64,000 nucleotides of DNA. Source: a virus (Duplodnaviria; Caudoviricetes). Every line of letters starts with the position of its first letter. The first letter of the stretch is position 1. The notes beneath the pieces were generated by a model. The model did no database searches, was not told the DNA's origin, and saw only the letters and a list, made by a program, of their open reading frames with translations. The DNA lies in the IMG/VR virus record IMGVR_UViG_3300020576_005257, positions 160,001-224,000 of that record; one strand, given 5' to 3'. The position numbers were made by a program, and so were the translations under genes. This document shows, one piece after another, positions 21,668 through 31,473 of this stretch.

Positions 21668-21732
21668 TAGAGGTTCCCCCGTTAGGAAGAACCTCTAAGA
21701 ATAAGTCTTCGGCCCCATTTTAACTAGGGGCC
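21668..21732 (-). terminator. Tandem hairpins after the capsid gene
   Basis: TAGAGGTTC/GAACCTCTA and GGCCCC/GGGGCC. Confidence 0.5.
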
Positions 21733-21738
21733 AGAAAC

Positions 21739-22968
21739 TTAGACGGTATTTCGAACCGTAAACAGAGGAGCGAAGTTATCAACAACTCTGATATTTCGAG
21801 CAGCCGCCATACCCTTTCCAGCATCCATAGCCGACACGTTGAAGTATCGTCTGGCCTTGAGGGTCGTTGCATCATGATACCAATCTTCCATGCTATCGAA
21901 CTCGTTATCACCACGATTCATAAGAACCATTGAGTTGGCCGAGTCAATCACGTACACATCCGTCAGAAGTGCAGCAGCATAGCCTGAACCAGGAGCATTA
22001 ACCATGACACCTGACTCGTTGTAAGGCAGAGCATAGTAGGGGACATACGACAAGCCGAATGGCATATTCTGGCTTTGATCGAAATTAGGTCCCTGCTTGT
22101 GAATGGTCCCACCAAGTTGTCCCTGATGGAAGAACGTACCTCGAATAAGGGGATCTTGGAAGATCACCGGATAGGCGAGAGGATGAATCAAGAGGTGAGA
22201 TGGGTTATAGCGATTGCCAACCACAACACCTGCGAGGGTCAAGATGTCTCGAAGTGACAATGATGCGTTAGCAGCCTGGCTGACATCAACACCCGTGGTG
22301 CGATCAGCAGCAATGCTGTTATCATTATCAAAGACTGTAATGGCCTTCTGAACGAGGGCTGTATACAGGAACTCTTCAACTCGACGATTAAGACCGTTTG
22401 CCATGAGTTCCAAGTGCAAGGAAATCAACGGGTAGATAGAATGTTGCTCAACTTCCTCAGAAAGGGAAGCCATAACACCATACTTCTTCAATCGAAGACT
22501 TGCAATGTGCTCTTGGAAGGTGAGAGCCTGGGGCTTGTATTCACCACCCTCAGCAACTTCGTATGCTTGGTAAGCACCGACAGTTGGGAAGGTAACGGTA
22601 AGAGGAGCACTGGCATCAAGCGTAATCTTCTTAGCAACGTTGTTGGTCAGCCAAGCCGAGGGTTCGGTGGGCTTAACAAGAATTTCGCTAATGACACGCT
22701 TAAAGATGACCGAAGAGTCCGAAGAAGCCATCATTTCACTGATGGGGATGTTCGGGACTACGAGCCTATCACCGTCAAGATTCTCTCGGCGGAACATAGC
22801 GTAGACATACTCTTCTGCTTCCTTCATTTGGGCAGCAACTTTCTTAGGAGTAGTTTGTCCTTCTTCGGTACCAAAGACCATTCCATTAGCCTTGGTGAAT
22901 TCCCGAATTTCAGATTCAACCGACTTCGACGTTGCCTCACTGATTAGTTTAAGGATACTGTTATTCAT
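21739..22968 (-). CDS. Major capsid protein (HK97 fold)
   Basis: EVAEGGEY..LKKYGVMASLSEE..PSHLLIHP; size, position, biased codon use. Confidence 0.9.
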   Translation of the reverse strand: MNNSILKLISEATSKSVESEIREFTKANGMVFGTEEGQTTPKKVAAQMKEAEEYVYAMFRRENLDGDRLVVPNIPISEMMASSDSSVIFKRVISEILVKPTEPSAWLTNNVAKKITLDASAPLTVTFPTVGAYQAYEVAEGGEYKPQALTFQEHIASLRLKKYGVMASLSEEVEQHSIYPLISLHLELMANGLNRRVEEFLYTALVQKAITVFDNDNSIAADRTTGVDVSQAANASLSLRDILTLAGVVVGNRYNPSHLLIHPLAYPVIFQDPLIRGTFFHQGQLGGTIHKQGPNFDQSQNMPFGLSYVPYYALPYNESGVMVNAPGSGYAAALLTDVYVIDSANSMVLMNRGDNEFDSMEDWYHDATTLKARRYFNVSAMDAGKGMAAARNIRVVDNFAPLFTVRNTV

Positions 22969-23021
22969 AGTTTTTTTCTCTTAATTTGTCTGCTGGGGCC
23001 AGTTACTGGCCCCATTAAACC

Positions 23022-24488
23022 TTAGTTTTTCACCAAGAATCTCATTTCTCCTACAACGTCTGCGAAGTTCAAGTGGGCTGGAATACCTGCTCTAGCAGAA
23101 GGCACCATACCAGTAGCCGAACCAGTTCCAGCAGTCACATAACGACCGTCGGTAAGACCTTCGATACCACCACCCCAAAGAACAGCACCATCAACTGACG
23201 AAACTGAAGAGTAGGTGACTCGAACCGCAGTTGCAGTAATATTCACTGCCAGTTCAATCACGCCAGTTCTCCAGTTAAGAGAATGGTATGGTCCATTAAG
23301 AGTAGCAACCAAGGACAAGGACGGACCAGAAGGAAGAGTGTACCAGTTAGCACCAGAGTAGGTGACAGACACACCCGTTGACGGGTCAATGATGGTTCCC
23401 TGAATCTCGATAATCACATTATGATTAACCGATACGGGGGCATACACAACTCGATAGACAGAACCTGCGACCACAGCGGTTGCTGATTCAGCACTTCGAT
23501 TAGTGACAGCTTGTCGTTGAGTCATAGGCGGGTAGTTAAGATAGTCTGCACGAGCCACTTCAACAAACTTGAACAGCTCCTCTCGACTCTTAACATCCGT
23601 CAAGGATTGAATTCTAACTACCTCACCACCTCTTTGATCGGCAGTATGACCATATTCGTACCAAATCTGAGTACAAGTAGCTGGCAGTGTTGCCACCCAG
23701 TTCGTACCATTAAAGGCAAGGGTCGTAGTACCAGTCACAGGAGTGCTAGAGTTAAGCAATGCAACAACTCGCGGCAACAGACCAGGATAGATAGCCTCGG
23801 TAAGGGTAACTGTCGAATTAGCTGCGAACACTTGGTATCGCATACTCAAAGCAGTCCACTTAACTGGCTTACCTCGATGGATCCAACCAATTGCAGAAGT
23901 GCTAGAAGTACTTCCCCAATAACCAGTTAACTGATCACCAGCAGTCAAAGCACCCTGTGCGTTGTTCACTTGAAGAACGAACGGCACGGAAGCAAGGAAG
24001 CCTCGGCGGAACTTAACATCAGTAGCACTCATACCAGAATCCTGGTTGAAGGTGTTACCAGTGGTCCAATAAGAAGCACCAGTGGTCGTATTAGTATTAC
24101 CACTAGTCATCTGTCCACTACCCTTGAAGATGTTGTTAACCGAAAGACCCACCGGAGTGAGATTTCGACCATCATGAAGGGTCAGCGTGGTCTTACCACG
24201 ATCTGTTTGACCAACTCTGTAAGCACTTACAGAAGCAGCCACACCAGCATTGTCGTAGCTAGCCATTGTCTGGGTAGACGAATAGCCAACAGAAACGAAT
24301 CGACCAGCCGGAATGACAATGCCACCAGCCGGATCATAGGGGTCAGCAAACTGAGCAGGAAGAAATGGGTCTACTCGCATTTCCTCCGGCGGAGTTTGGC
24401 CTACAGTAGGATTCGAGAGTTCTGTAAAACCCCCTAGCCATCTCTTAGTCGGCTGAATAGCAGAGCCGTACATATCACCGATACTCAT
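23022..24488 (-). CDS. Putative head decoration/structural protein
   Basis: Directly upstream of the capsid gene; G/S/T/V-rich; same codon bias. Confidence 0.6.
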   Translation of the reverse strand: MSIGDMYGSAIQPTKRWLGGFTELSNPTVGQTPPEEMRVDPFLPAQFADPYDPAGGIVIPAGRFVSVGYSSTQTMASYDNAGVAASVSAYRVGQTDRGKTTLTLHDGRNLTPVGLSVNNIFKGSGQMTSGNTNTTTGASYWTTGNTFNQDSGMSATDVKFRRGFLASVPFVLQVNNAQGALTAGDQLTGYWGSTSSTSAIGWIHRGKPVKWTALSMRYQVFAANSTVTLTEAIYPGLLPRVVALLNSSTPVTGTTTLAFNGTNWVATLPATCTQIWYEYGHTADQRGGEVVRIQSLTDVKSREELFKFVEVARADYLNYPPMTQRQAVTNRSAESATAVVAGSVYRVVYAPVSVNHNVIIEIQGTIIDPSTGVSVTYSGANWYTLPSGPSLSLVATLNGPYHSLNWRTGVIELAVNITATAVRVTYSSVSSVDGAVLWGGGIEGLTDGRYVTAGTGSATGMVPSARAGIPAHLNFADVVGEMRFLVKN

Positions 24489-25774
24489 TATTTATTATCT
24501 CCTTTGTTTCTTCCTTTTTTATTTGTTGGTTTGGTATTCATTTCCATAAACAATCCAAGACCAGAAGTGTTTGAATCATCTTCAACATCTTTGTCTTCTT
24601 CTTCAGAAGTCTCTTTGACTTTACCTTCCACTGGACTAGTGACTGGATCAACCTTAGTGGCATTACTGCCTTCGTCAGTGGGAGTTTGTTTGGGGGCTTC
24701 TGTCAGAAGTTTCCTTAAAACTGTAGCACCGAAAACCGTGTAAGGTTTGCCGCACTCCTCCAGCTTCTCTAAAGTCAATCCTTCTTTTCTAATAAGTCCA
24801 ACCAATTTGGCTAACATAGCCTGTTCATCGTTCTTATATTCGTGACGAGTAAAGTACGCCATAAGAAATTCGTTGCCAAGTTCAATCGGCTTAGAAAGTT
24901 CCTTTTCACTTTGTAATAGAGGGATAAATTCTTCGGTCTTGAAAAGAGATTTTTCATTTTCGACTAATTCTGTCAAGAAAGTCTCTACGCTGGTTTTAGC
25001 AGCGTCTGTTAAACCATAAGTCTTACAAAGTAAGGGCAGGTTCTCCAGAGCATTCTTGGCATCCTCTACAGTCTCAATCAGAAGAGGAGTATATTGCAAA
25101 CTCTCCTTCTTATCATTTACGGTATCAATGAAAATCGGAGCATGAGCAAAGGAGCCGTCCTTTTCTACCAATCCAAATTGCTTGCTCTTTTCAAAGATAG
25201 CTTCTTTAATGGGTTTTGCAGTTTCCTCTGTTTGCTTTTCGAGCATCTCTAACGCCTGAACAGCAGATAGTTTATTGATAACTGGAAAAGACTTGTTTGG
25301 GCCACAGAATGCTTCTGTGGTTAAAGCTTGTCTCTGCTTTACCGTAAACTCTGCTTCAGTGTTGAATGATTCATCTGTAGAAGCAAGATTATAAAGCTCA
25401 CCAAAAGTCAGCTTCTTGTTTGCTTCCTCTTCTGAGGATTCTAGTACCCCGCCATTCTTTAGATAGGATGCCACCGCTAGTTTAGCAGTGTCAGCATTCC
25501 ATTCTCCTTCCATCGCATCCATAGCCTCATCCTGGCACTTGATCATAAGATCAGGGTCCATAATTTTGGCTTCAGTAGATTCTTCTGTTTTAGCTAAAGC
25601 ATCAATGACACTTTGTGTAGATTTCTCCACACAGAACTCATTAACTTTTGCATTAAAAGCGGTTTCAAATTGGGTAAGGATTTCTTTTCCTTCCTTTTCT
25701 AGACCTGCCTTAACACCCTTAAGCTTATCTAAAGAGCCTACACAATCTTCAATCAGATTAGTTAGTTTTTCCAT
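24488..25774 (-). CDS. Putative scaffold protein
   Basis: Acidic and helical; between protease and head genes; QRQALTTEAFCGPNKSFPV motif. Confidence 0.55.
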   Translation of the reverse strand: MEKLTNLIEDCVGSLDKLKGVKAGLEKEGKEILTQFETAFNAKVNEFCVEKSTQSVIDALAKTEESTEAKIMDPDLMIKCQDEAMDAMEGEWNADTAKLAVASYLKNGGVLESSEEEANKKLTFGELYNLASTDESFNTEAEFTVKQRQALTTEAFCGPNKSFPVINKLSAVQALEMLEKQTEETAKPIKEAIFEKSKQFGLVEKDGSFAHAPIFIDTVNDKKESLQYTPLLIETVEDAKNALENLPLLCKTYGLTDAAKTSVETFLTELVENEKSLFKTEEFIPLLQSEKELSKPIELGNEFLMAYFTRHEYKNDEQAMLAKLVGLIRKEGLTLEKLEECGKPYTVFGATVLRKLLTEAPKQTPTDEGSNATKVDPVTSPVEGKVKETSEEEDKDVEDDSNTSGLGLFMEMNTKPTNKKGRNKGDNK

Positions 25775-27209
25775 TCTTTAGTTCCTTAGTGATTATTGTT
25801 ACCATCTTATCAATGGTTTCAGATTCGATAGGCGAAGACTTATCTACACCCCAATTCCTCATTGTTTCCGGCTGAGAACAAGTGTCATAGACTTTTTTGA
25901 AGACTTTAGCCCAAGAATAATCACCTTCTGACCACTCTTTCTTCTCACTTAAAGATAATAGAGGCTCAGCATAAAGGGATTTTTCCTTGAAACTAGCCCC
26001 TGGTTTAAAATTCTCAATAAAAAATGATTTAAGTTTTGCGTTTACGTTATCTTGTGTTTCCTGTGTTTCACATAAAGTAAGTTTTTTCTTATCTACTTTT
26101 CTCATTTCTGGGGTTAATTTATAGCTTTCTGTAAGAACTAATCTCACTAAAACATCATTCTCATTAACCTTTAAAATCTGTCCTGCGTGACCTTCAAAAT
26201 TTACCAATTGCTTAGCCGCAAACTCAATTGGCGTAACCACCTTAGTATCTTCCTCTTCAGGGGTTTTGTACGACTCCGTTGCATAACTTTTATCCGGAAT
26301 ATTCAGGAAGAAGTATTCAGGGATCTTCACAGAATCAATTAATTCTAAGTTTGGAGCAAAAGCACTATGCTCTTCCTCTGATAAGTCAAAAAGCTTCTCC
26401 AAAGTAAGTGCATCGTAAAATGCGAATTCCTTAGATCCAACCTTTTTCTCTCCTAACAGGAGTTTAAGACCATCTACACCAATGTCAGGATCTTCGTTGA
26501 AAGCTTCTGTATCACTGGGAACATTAACGTAGCTGACCTCAAGGCCCATCATATCATACATGGACCAATAGCATAGTCGTTTCTGGCCATCAATCTCAAC
26601 AAAGTCACCTTTATTGTAAGGAGGTAGTTCTTTTCCAGCACGAGACAATGCAACTAAGTCAGCACCAGAGATGGATTCAATAATCTTCCCAACTCTAGAG
26701 CCAACCGAAACTGTGTGATAGGCTCCACCAAGAACCTTAGGAACTGCTTCCTGATCGGAAATACAAGCCACAAAGCTCATACAACCATCTCCAGAAAGGA
26801 AACCAGGCATTCCCTTTGGAGCCGCAATTACTTTCTTTGAGTCCTTTTCTGCTTTGTAGGTAGCATATAGGATTCTTCCCATTGGCTTGTCTGCTTGAGT
26901 AAAAAACCCATCTTGAAGAGCATGGTTAGTAATGACAGGCTTAGGGTGCGGGATTACATAACTAGCATAACCAGTAGGCTGTAATTTATTCTTTTTCCCA
27001 ATGAGAGTTTCTCTCGGGTAGTAAGTATTGTTCCGGGTAAGCTTCTCAGAGTTCAAAGCTCTAATAAGAGGATAAACAGCATTAAGATCTTTGACCTTAA
27101 TATCTGCTACTGAGGCTTCAAGAATTGGCCTACCAGGATCTGTGTTTATGGGATTCTCAGTCTTGAGATTGAAATGTTCCCTGATTAAACTAATATCTTG
27201 ATTATTCAT
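25758..27209 (-). CDS. Prohead maturation protease
   Basis: KPVITNH..PMGRI..TVSVG..EVSYVNVPSD. Confidence 0.8.
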   Translation of the reverse strand: MNNQDISLIREHFNLKTENPINTDPGRPILEASVADIKVKDLNAVYPLIRALNSEKLTRNNTYYPRETLIGKKNKLQPTGYASYVIPHPKPVITNHALQDGFFTQADKPMGRILYATYKAEKDSKKVIAAPKGMPGFLSGDGCMSFVACISDQEAVPKVLGGAYHTVSVGSRVGKIIESISGADLVALSRAGKELPPYNKGDFVEIDGQKRLCYWSMYDMMGLEVSYVNVPSDTEAFNEDPDIGVDGLKLLLGEKKVGSKEFAFYDALTLEKLFDLSEEEHSAFAPNLELIDSVKIPEYFFLNIPDKSYATESYKTPEEEDTKVVTPIEFAAKQLVNFEGHAGQILKVNENDVLVRLVLTESYKLTPEMRKVDKKKLTLCETQETQDNVNAKLKSFFIENFKPGASFKEKSLYAEPLLSLSEKKEWSEGDYSWAKVFKKVYDTCSQPETMRNWGVDKSSPIESETIDKMVTIITKELKNGKTN

Positions 27210-27212
27210 TTA

Positions 27213-27569
27213 TTATAACCTAAATTTGCCGAATCTACCACTCATAGCTCTAGTGCCTAGACGACTAGTTGTACGTAAATGGTTTTGAATAGCATTTTTG
27301 TTAAACATAGCATGCCCAGCTCCCACCATAGAAACTGCCGATAACCCACCATATAAAGCAGCGGCACCGTTGTTTTGATTGACTCTAGCATCGGCGGATT
27401 TTTTAGCCAAAAGACCAGAAGTACCTGCCATAATACCAGCTCCGATTTGCTGGGAATATTTATGTCCTCCAAGATTTGGGAGATTAATAAGCCCACGGCT
27501 TAAACCTTGTCCCATACGACTACCACCAAAAGTGTTAAGCCCGCCTCTTAGCATTGATCTAAAATTCAT
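27213..27569 (-). CDS. Small Gly/Arg-rich protein, possibly internal virion
   Basis: Composition and operon position. Confidence 0.55.
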   Translation of the reverse strand: MNFRSMLRGGLNTFGGSRMGQGLSRGLINLPNLGGHKYSQQIGAGIMAGTSGLLAKKSADARVNQNNGAAALYGGLSAVSMVGAGHAMFNKNAIQNHLRTTSRLGTRAMSGRFGKFRL

Positions 27570-27578
27570 GATTCTCCT

Positions 27579-27803
27579 TTACACACTTAAATCTTCGTCG
27601 CCAACTTCCGATTTCTCTTGAACGGGTGGTTTAAGCAACCAAAACAAAGAACCATCAAAAGCGGGCCATACAATCATAGAAATAGCTTTCAAGCCTGGTC
27701 CCCAACTAAAGGGAAGTGGTTGTTCTGAGAAAGCTAAACCCTTAAAGATTAACCCCCCAAATAACAAAAACGCTTTGGGCATAGCCCATTCAACTTTAGA
27801 CAT
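27579..27803 (-). CDS. Small membrane protein
   Basis: Two hydrophobic stretches; overlaps the holin-like gene. Confidence 0.55.
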   Translation of the reverse strand: MSKVEWAMPKAFLLFGGLIFKGLAFSEQPLPFSWGPGLKAISMIVWPAFDGSLFWLLKPPVQEKSEVGDEDLSV

Positions 27804-28071
27804 GATGGTCTCTATTCTCCTTTTCCAAAAATTCTAGTCTGGATTCAAACTTATCTTGCCTTTGTGCATTCTCTTCCAGGTCCTCTAGTCTGTCAGTTAA
27901 TTTATCTACCGCAGTTTTCAAAGAGTCAATTGAAGCTCTGAATTCTTGCATCAATGTATACATCATCTGTCTATCAGTAGTAGATTGCTTAACAATCCAA
28001 GCAACCAATAGAAAAGTAATTAGTGCCCAGGGTCCTTCTTTTGCGAATGCAGTTAAAAGTTGACTTTCCAT
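27796..28071 (-). CDS. BhlA/UviB-like holin
   Basis: KEGPWALITFLLVAWIVK single TM plus coiled coil. Confidence 0.65.
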   Translation of the reverse strand: MESQLLTAFAKEGPWALITFLLVAWIVKQSTTDRQMMYTLMQEFRASIDSLKTAVDKLTDRLEDLEENAQRQDKFESRLEFLEKENRDHHV

Positions 28072-28077
28072 ATCTTG

Positions 28078-29715
28078 TTATTCCTTATATGCCTCATCAA
28101 TTAATAAGTGCAGATACAGTAAGACAGCTTCGGGATCATGAGCCAGATTTGTCAATCCTTCTATGGTCTCGTCAATGTTCACATCAAAAGCTCTATTGAA
28201 CTCATCTACGAACTCGTCTAATCTGATTTTCCCAAAATTCTCTACAAAGAATGATTCCACTTTCTTTTTAGTTGGCTTTGGAGGTTTTGTTGTTGTATCT
28301 GGTGCCGCTGCTGCCTTTGCTTCAGCTTTCGCCTTTTCAATAGGAATTGTGACACGATTATAATAGAGGTCCTCAAAGTTAACTTTTTCTAGGTAACCCA
28401 TCTCTCTTCTACCTTCTTCAAAGGTAATTGAGTTTTTAGTAATCATATCAGTGAAATGGGCTCTAAGCTTAATAAGTCTAGCTTCATCCATTTCTTTGAA
28501 AATCAATTTAACTTGATCTTCTTCCTTATTGTAAGGATCAAATCCACCTTCCCACAATAACTCATTAAGAAGGAACATTTCCAGATTCGTTGCCAATTCT
28601 TGCTGGCAGAATCTAATCCTGTTCATTAAAAGTTCGATTGCTGCTTCAGCAGTACCAATCGTACCAGGCTCAAATCCCATTAAAAATGGTGAAACACCAA
28701 GACCAGCAAAAGCCCTATAAGCACCATATTTAAGATAGCCCTCTGTTCTAAGTACTTGACTCTCAGAACCTAAAATCTTTAACTCATGTGTACCAGGAGT
28801 AACAATAACTCCCGCTTGACTCATGTTTCTATGGCTAGCTAAAGCATTTCTCATCTCCAGCTCTGAATCACCACCAGGAGTTGATGGTCTTAGGATTCTA
28901 TGCCACAATACAGGAATCGTGTTTTTCTTTAAAGCAATAGCAGTAGTTTGTTCTTGGTTTCTAAGTAAACTAACATCTTCAAGAGCTGCAAAGGTTAAAC
29001 CAAAACCATAATGACAATCAGAAGGTCTTTTATAAGGGGTGTGAATAAGATCCACACCATTCTTAAAAACAGTCTCCTTCCCAGTGTATCTAAGACCCCT
29101 AGAAATTAAGGCTTGATTGGATGGAAGAGGTTCGCCTGAAACAGTAGAAATCTTCTCTTGCGCGTGAGCTTTATTAAACTTCCAGCCATAGTAAACAGAA
29201 TCCTTTACAAATGGCTCAAAGGAGAGTGGGTGTACAATGAAAATACCTGAAATTGCATAGGGCTTTTCTTCGTATAGGGGTCGTTTTACATTAACATCCC
29301 CACCCTTAGTTCCTCTGGTTTTTAGGAAGAATGGGTTACCATGCTTAAAATATTCGTGAACATAACGAGTGATAATTAACTGCCAAGGTTCACCTACTTT
29401 CAAGCTGATAAGATTTAATCTTCTTTTAAGATAATCTACTGCCTCTTTTCTACCACCTAAATCAAAGTCCTTAAATAGCTCAGCATGACGATCAACAGCC
29501 ATTCTGACAAAACCATCTACAACATAGGCCTTACAGCCTCTGGCAATGGTTTTTTGGGCATTTTGACCATTAAAACTAGATGCCTTATCAATTAGATCCC
29601 AACTATTTCCACCAGTTGTTAAGGGGTCCTCAATGAGTTTAATACCTTCTTGTCTAAGAGAAGGTGCTTGGAGGCTATATTCGAATCCTACGTTATTTGT
29701 AAATCTACGCTCCAT
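28078..29715 (-). CDS. Portal protein
   Basis: 545 aa between terminase and protease; HGNPFF, YGFG, AGLGVSPFLMG, ITFEEGRREMG. Confidence 0.85.
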   Translation of the reverse strand: MERRFTNNVGFEYSLQAPSLRQEGIKLIEDPLTTGGNSWDLIDKASSFNGQNAQKTIARGCKAYVVDGFVRMAVDRHAELFKDFDLGGRKEAVDYLKRRLNLISLKVGEPWQLIITRYVHEYFKHGNPFFLKTRGTKGGDVNVKRPLYEEKPYAISGIFIVHPLSFEPFVKDSVYYGWKFNKAHAQEKISTVSGEPLPSNQALISRGLRYTGKETVFKNGVDLIHTPYKRPSDCHYGFGLTFAALEDVSLLRNQEQTTAIALKKNTIPVLWHRILRPSTPGGDSELEMRNALASHRNMSQAGVIVTPGTHELKILGSESQVLRTEGYLKYGAYRAFAGLGVSPFLMGFEPGTIGTAEAAIELLMNRIRFCQQELATNLEMFLLNELLWEGGFDPYNKEEDQVKLIFKEMDEARLIKLRAHFTDMITKNSITFEEGRREMGYLEKVNFEDLYYNRVTIPIEKAKAEAKAAAAPDTTTKPPKPTKKKVESFFVENFGKIRLDEFVDEFNRAFDVNIDETIEGLTNLAHDPEAVLLYLHLLIDEAYKE

Positions 29716-30241
29716 TCAAAGCCTCATAAATTCTTTTAGCTACTGATTGTTGTGTACAGGGGTCTTCCCAATTAAATACCAGTAACTTAGGTTTCTGTTT
29801 TCCGCTTACAGAAGCTAGTTTAGGTACCATAACCTCTAAAGCAGCAATATCAGATAATTCTAAATCTCTTTCTTGTTTACTAATGCCATACCTCTTAGCA
29901 ACTTCATAAGATGCTGATGCAGGACTACCTATATAAATATAGAGTGCTAATTTTGGACAAAAGAAGTGAAAATGTGGTACTTTGCTACTGGGGAGGGGGA
30001 AATAGTTATAGGTACCACCTTCGATTACATTTAGTGGTTCTAAATCTAAATCTTCTAAACCACGATCTTTTTGTTGACTAATAAATAGATCATTTAGGAA
30101 TGTGTGAATAACATTACCTATAATTTCAGCTTTTTCTTTCTGAATTTTGGAGAGATCATTTTTCTCCAACTTCCATAAAATACTAAGTAACAATTTAATA
30201 AACTTCTGTTTAAGTTTTTCTATCAAAATTTTAGGCTCCAA
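29705..30241 (-). CDS. Hypothetical protein, possibly a degenerate Vsr/DUF559-like nuclease fold
   Basis: FHFFCPKLALYIYIG..RDLE..LLVFNWED pattern without catalytic acids. Confidence 0.5.
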   Translation of the reverse strand: MEPKILIEKLKQKFIKLLLSILWKLEKNDLSKIQKEKAEIIGNVIHTFLNDLFISQQKDRGLEDLDLEPLNVIEGGTYNYFPLPSSKVPHFHFFCPKLALYIYIGSPASASYEVAKRYGISKQERDLELSDIAALEVMVPKLASVSGKQKPKLLVFNWEDPCTQQSVAKRIYEALNGA

Positions 30242-31473
30242 TTCTTTAACATCTGGGCCGCTTGTAAGGCTTTCATACTAGGATCTATGGGAGGGAATTT
30301 CTCAAAATCACTGCTCTTGATTCTTAGTGTATTTTTAACAGTCTCAAATAACACCTGTGGGTCTTTTAAAGATGATAAGTTTCTTTCTAATTGCCCCAAT
30401 ACATCAACAGCCTGAACAAATAATTTAGCATTGACATTCTGTTTAAGGTTATCAAATATTAAAGTTCTAGCTTCTGTGGACTGATAAAATTGTTGGTCAG
30501 TTCTGGAAATTTCTGATTCTATTTTTGTTAAAGACCTAAATAAAGCATTATCTAACATTCTTCTAAACTGGTAAATATGTGGATCAGGGGTCAGGATATT
30601 GTTAGAAGTCTCCATATCCTCAGTCCTATCTAACATTCCTTGGGTAAAGCCAAACAAAACTCCAAGATTTTGACTGTTAGTATTCTTAGCATACGATAAC
30701 ATACTAATTTGACCTATAACAGAATCAAGTGAATTTTCTAGGAGTTTAAACTGGTCAAATAAACTATCGATCTCTGTGGTAATTAAATAATTGGCTTGAT
30801 TGGAAAATTTCCTAATAAAATCAGGGTATTTTGTACTAAAATCACCAATACTATCAAAAAAACCATCCCCCAAAGAGAAGTTCTTAAAAGAATTGATGTC
30901 AGATAAGAAAGTTTGTAAGTGTCGTATAATGTTTTGATCTTTATACAACATTAAAGACAATAATTGAGAAGTAGATACCTGTTCAAAAAACCCAGTGTTC
31001 TGGTTAATAATGGGCAGATAGCTGCTTTGATAAGAGTGTTCGATTACTGCCACCTGTGCTCTTGCACGATAGGCATCTTTAATCAGAATAATTCTAGGAT
31101 CTTTTTGTCTTCTATAAACATCTCTTTCTACAATCTTCTGTATATTGTCTGGTGGGACTGGATTAGATTTATATGGTCCATCAAGAGGGGTAGTAAATTG
31201 GGTTCTTGCTGAGGAAAAGAAGGCATCAAAAACAATATCAGATTGATATTGTTTGGTAATATCATTTAAAAAACGATCATATTCTTCTCTTACAGCTTTG
31301 GCAGTATTAAAGACATCTAGTGCTAGTTGATTAGGAGGGGTTTCTTGTATAGTTCTAACAAAATCAACCTCAGTGCCCGCAATTGGTCCAACTTTATTAG
31401 AAATTTCAGATACAAGCTGATCAACTTTCTTCTCAATTGTTTTTGTATCTATGAATTTACCAAATGCACTCAT
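30223..31473 (-). CDS. Hypothetical protein
   Basis: 416-aa ORF overlapping neighbours. Confidence 0.7.
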   Translation of the reverse strand: MSAFGKFIDTKTIEKKVDQLVSEISNKVGPIAGTEVDFVRTIQETPPNQLALDVFNTAKAVREEYDRFLNDITKQYQSDIVFDAFFSSARTQFTTPLDGPYKSNPVPPDNIQKIVERDVYRRQKDPRIILIKDAYRARAQVAVIEHSYQSSYLPIINQNTGFFEQVSTSQLLSLMLYKDQNIIRHLQTFLSDINSFKNFSLGDGFFDSIGDFSTKYPDFIRKFSNQANYLITTEIDSLFDQFKLLENSLDSVIGQISMLSYAKNTNSQNLGVLFGFTQGMLDRTEDMETSNNILTPDPHIYQFRRMLDNALFRSLTKIESEISRTDQQFYQSTEARTLIFDNLKQNVNAKLFVQAVDVLGQLERNLSSLKDPQVLFETVKNTLRIKSSDFEKFPPIDPSMKALQAAQMLKNWSLKF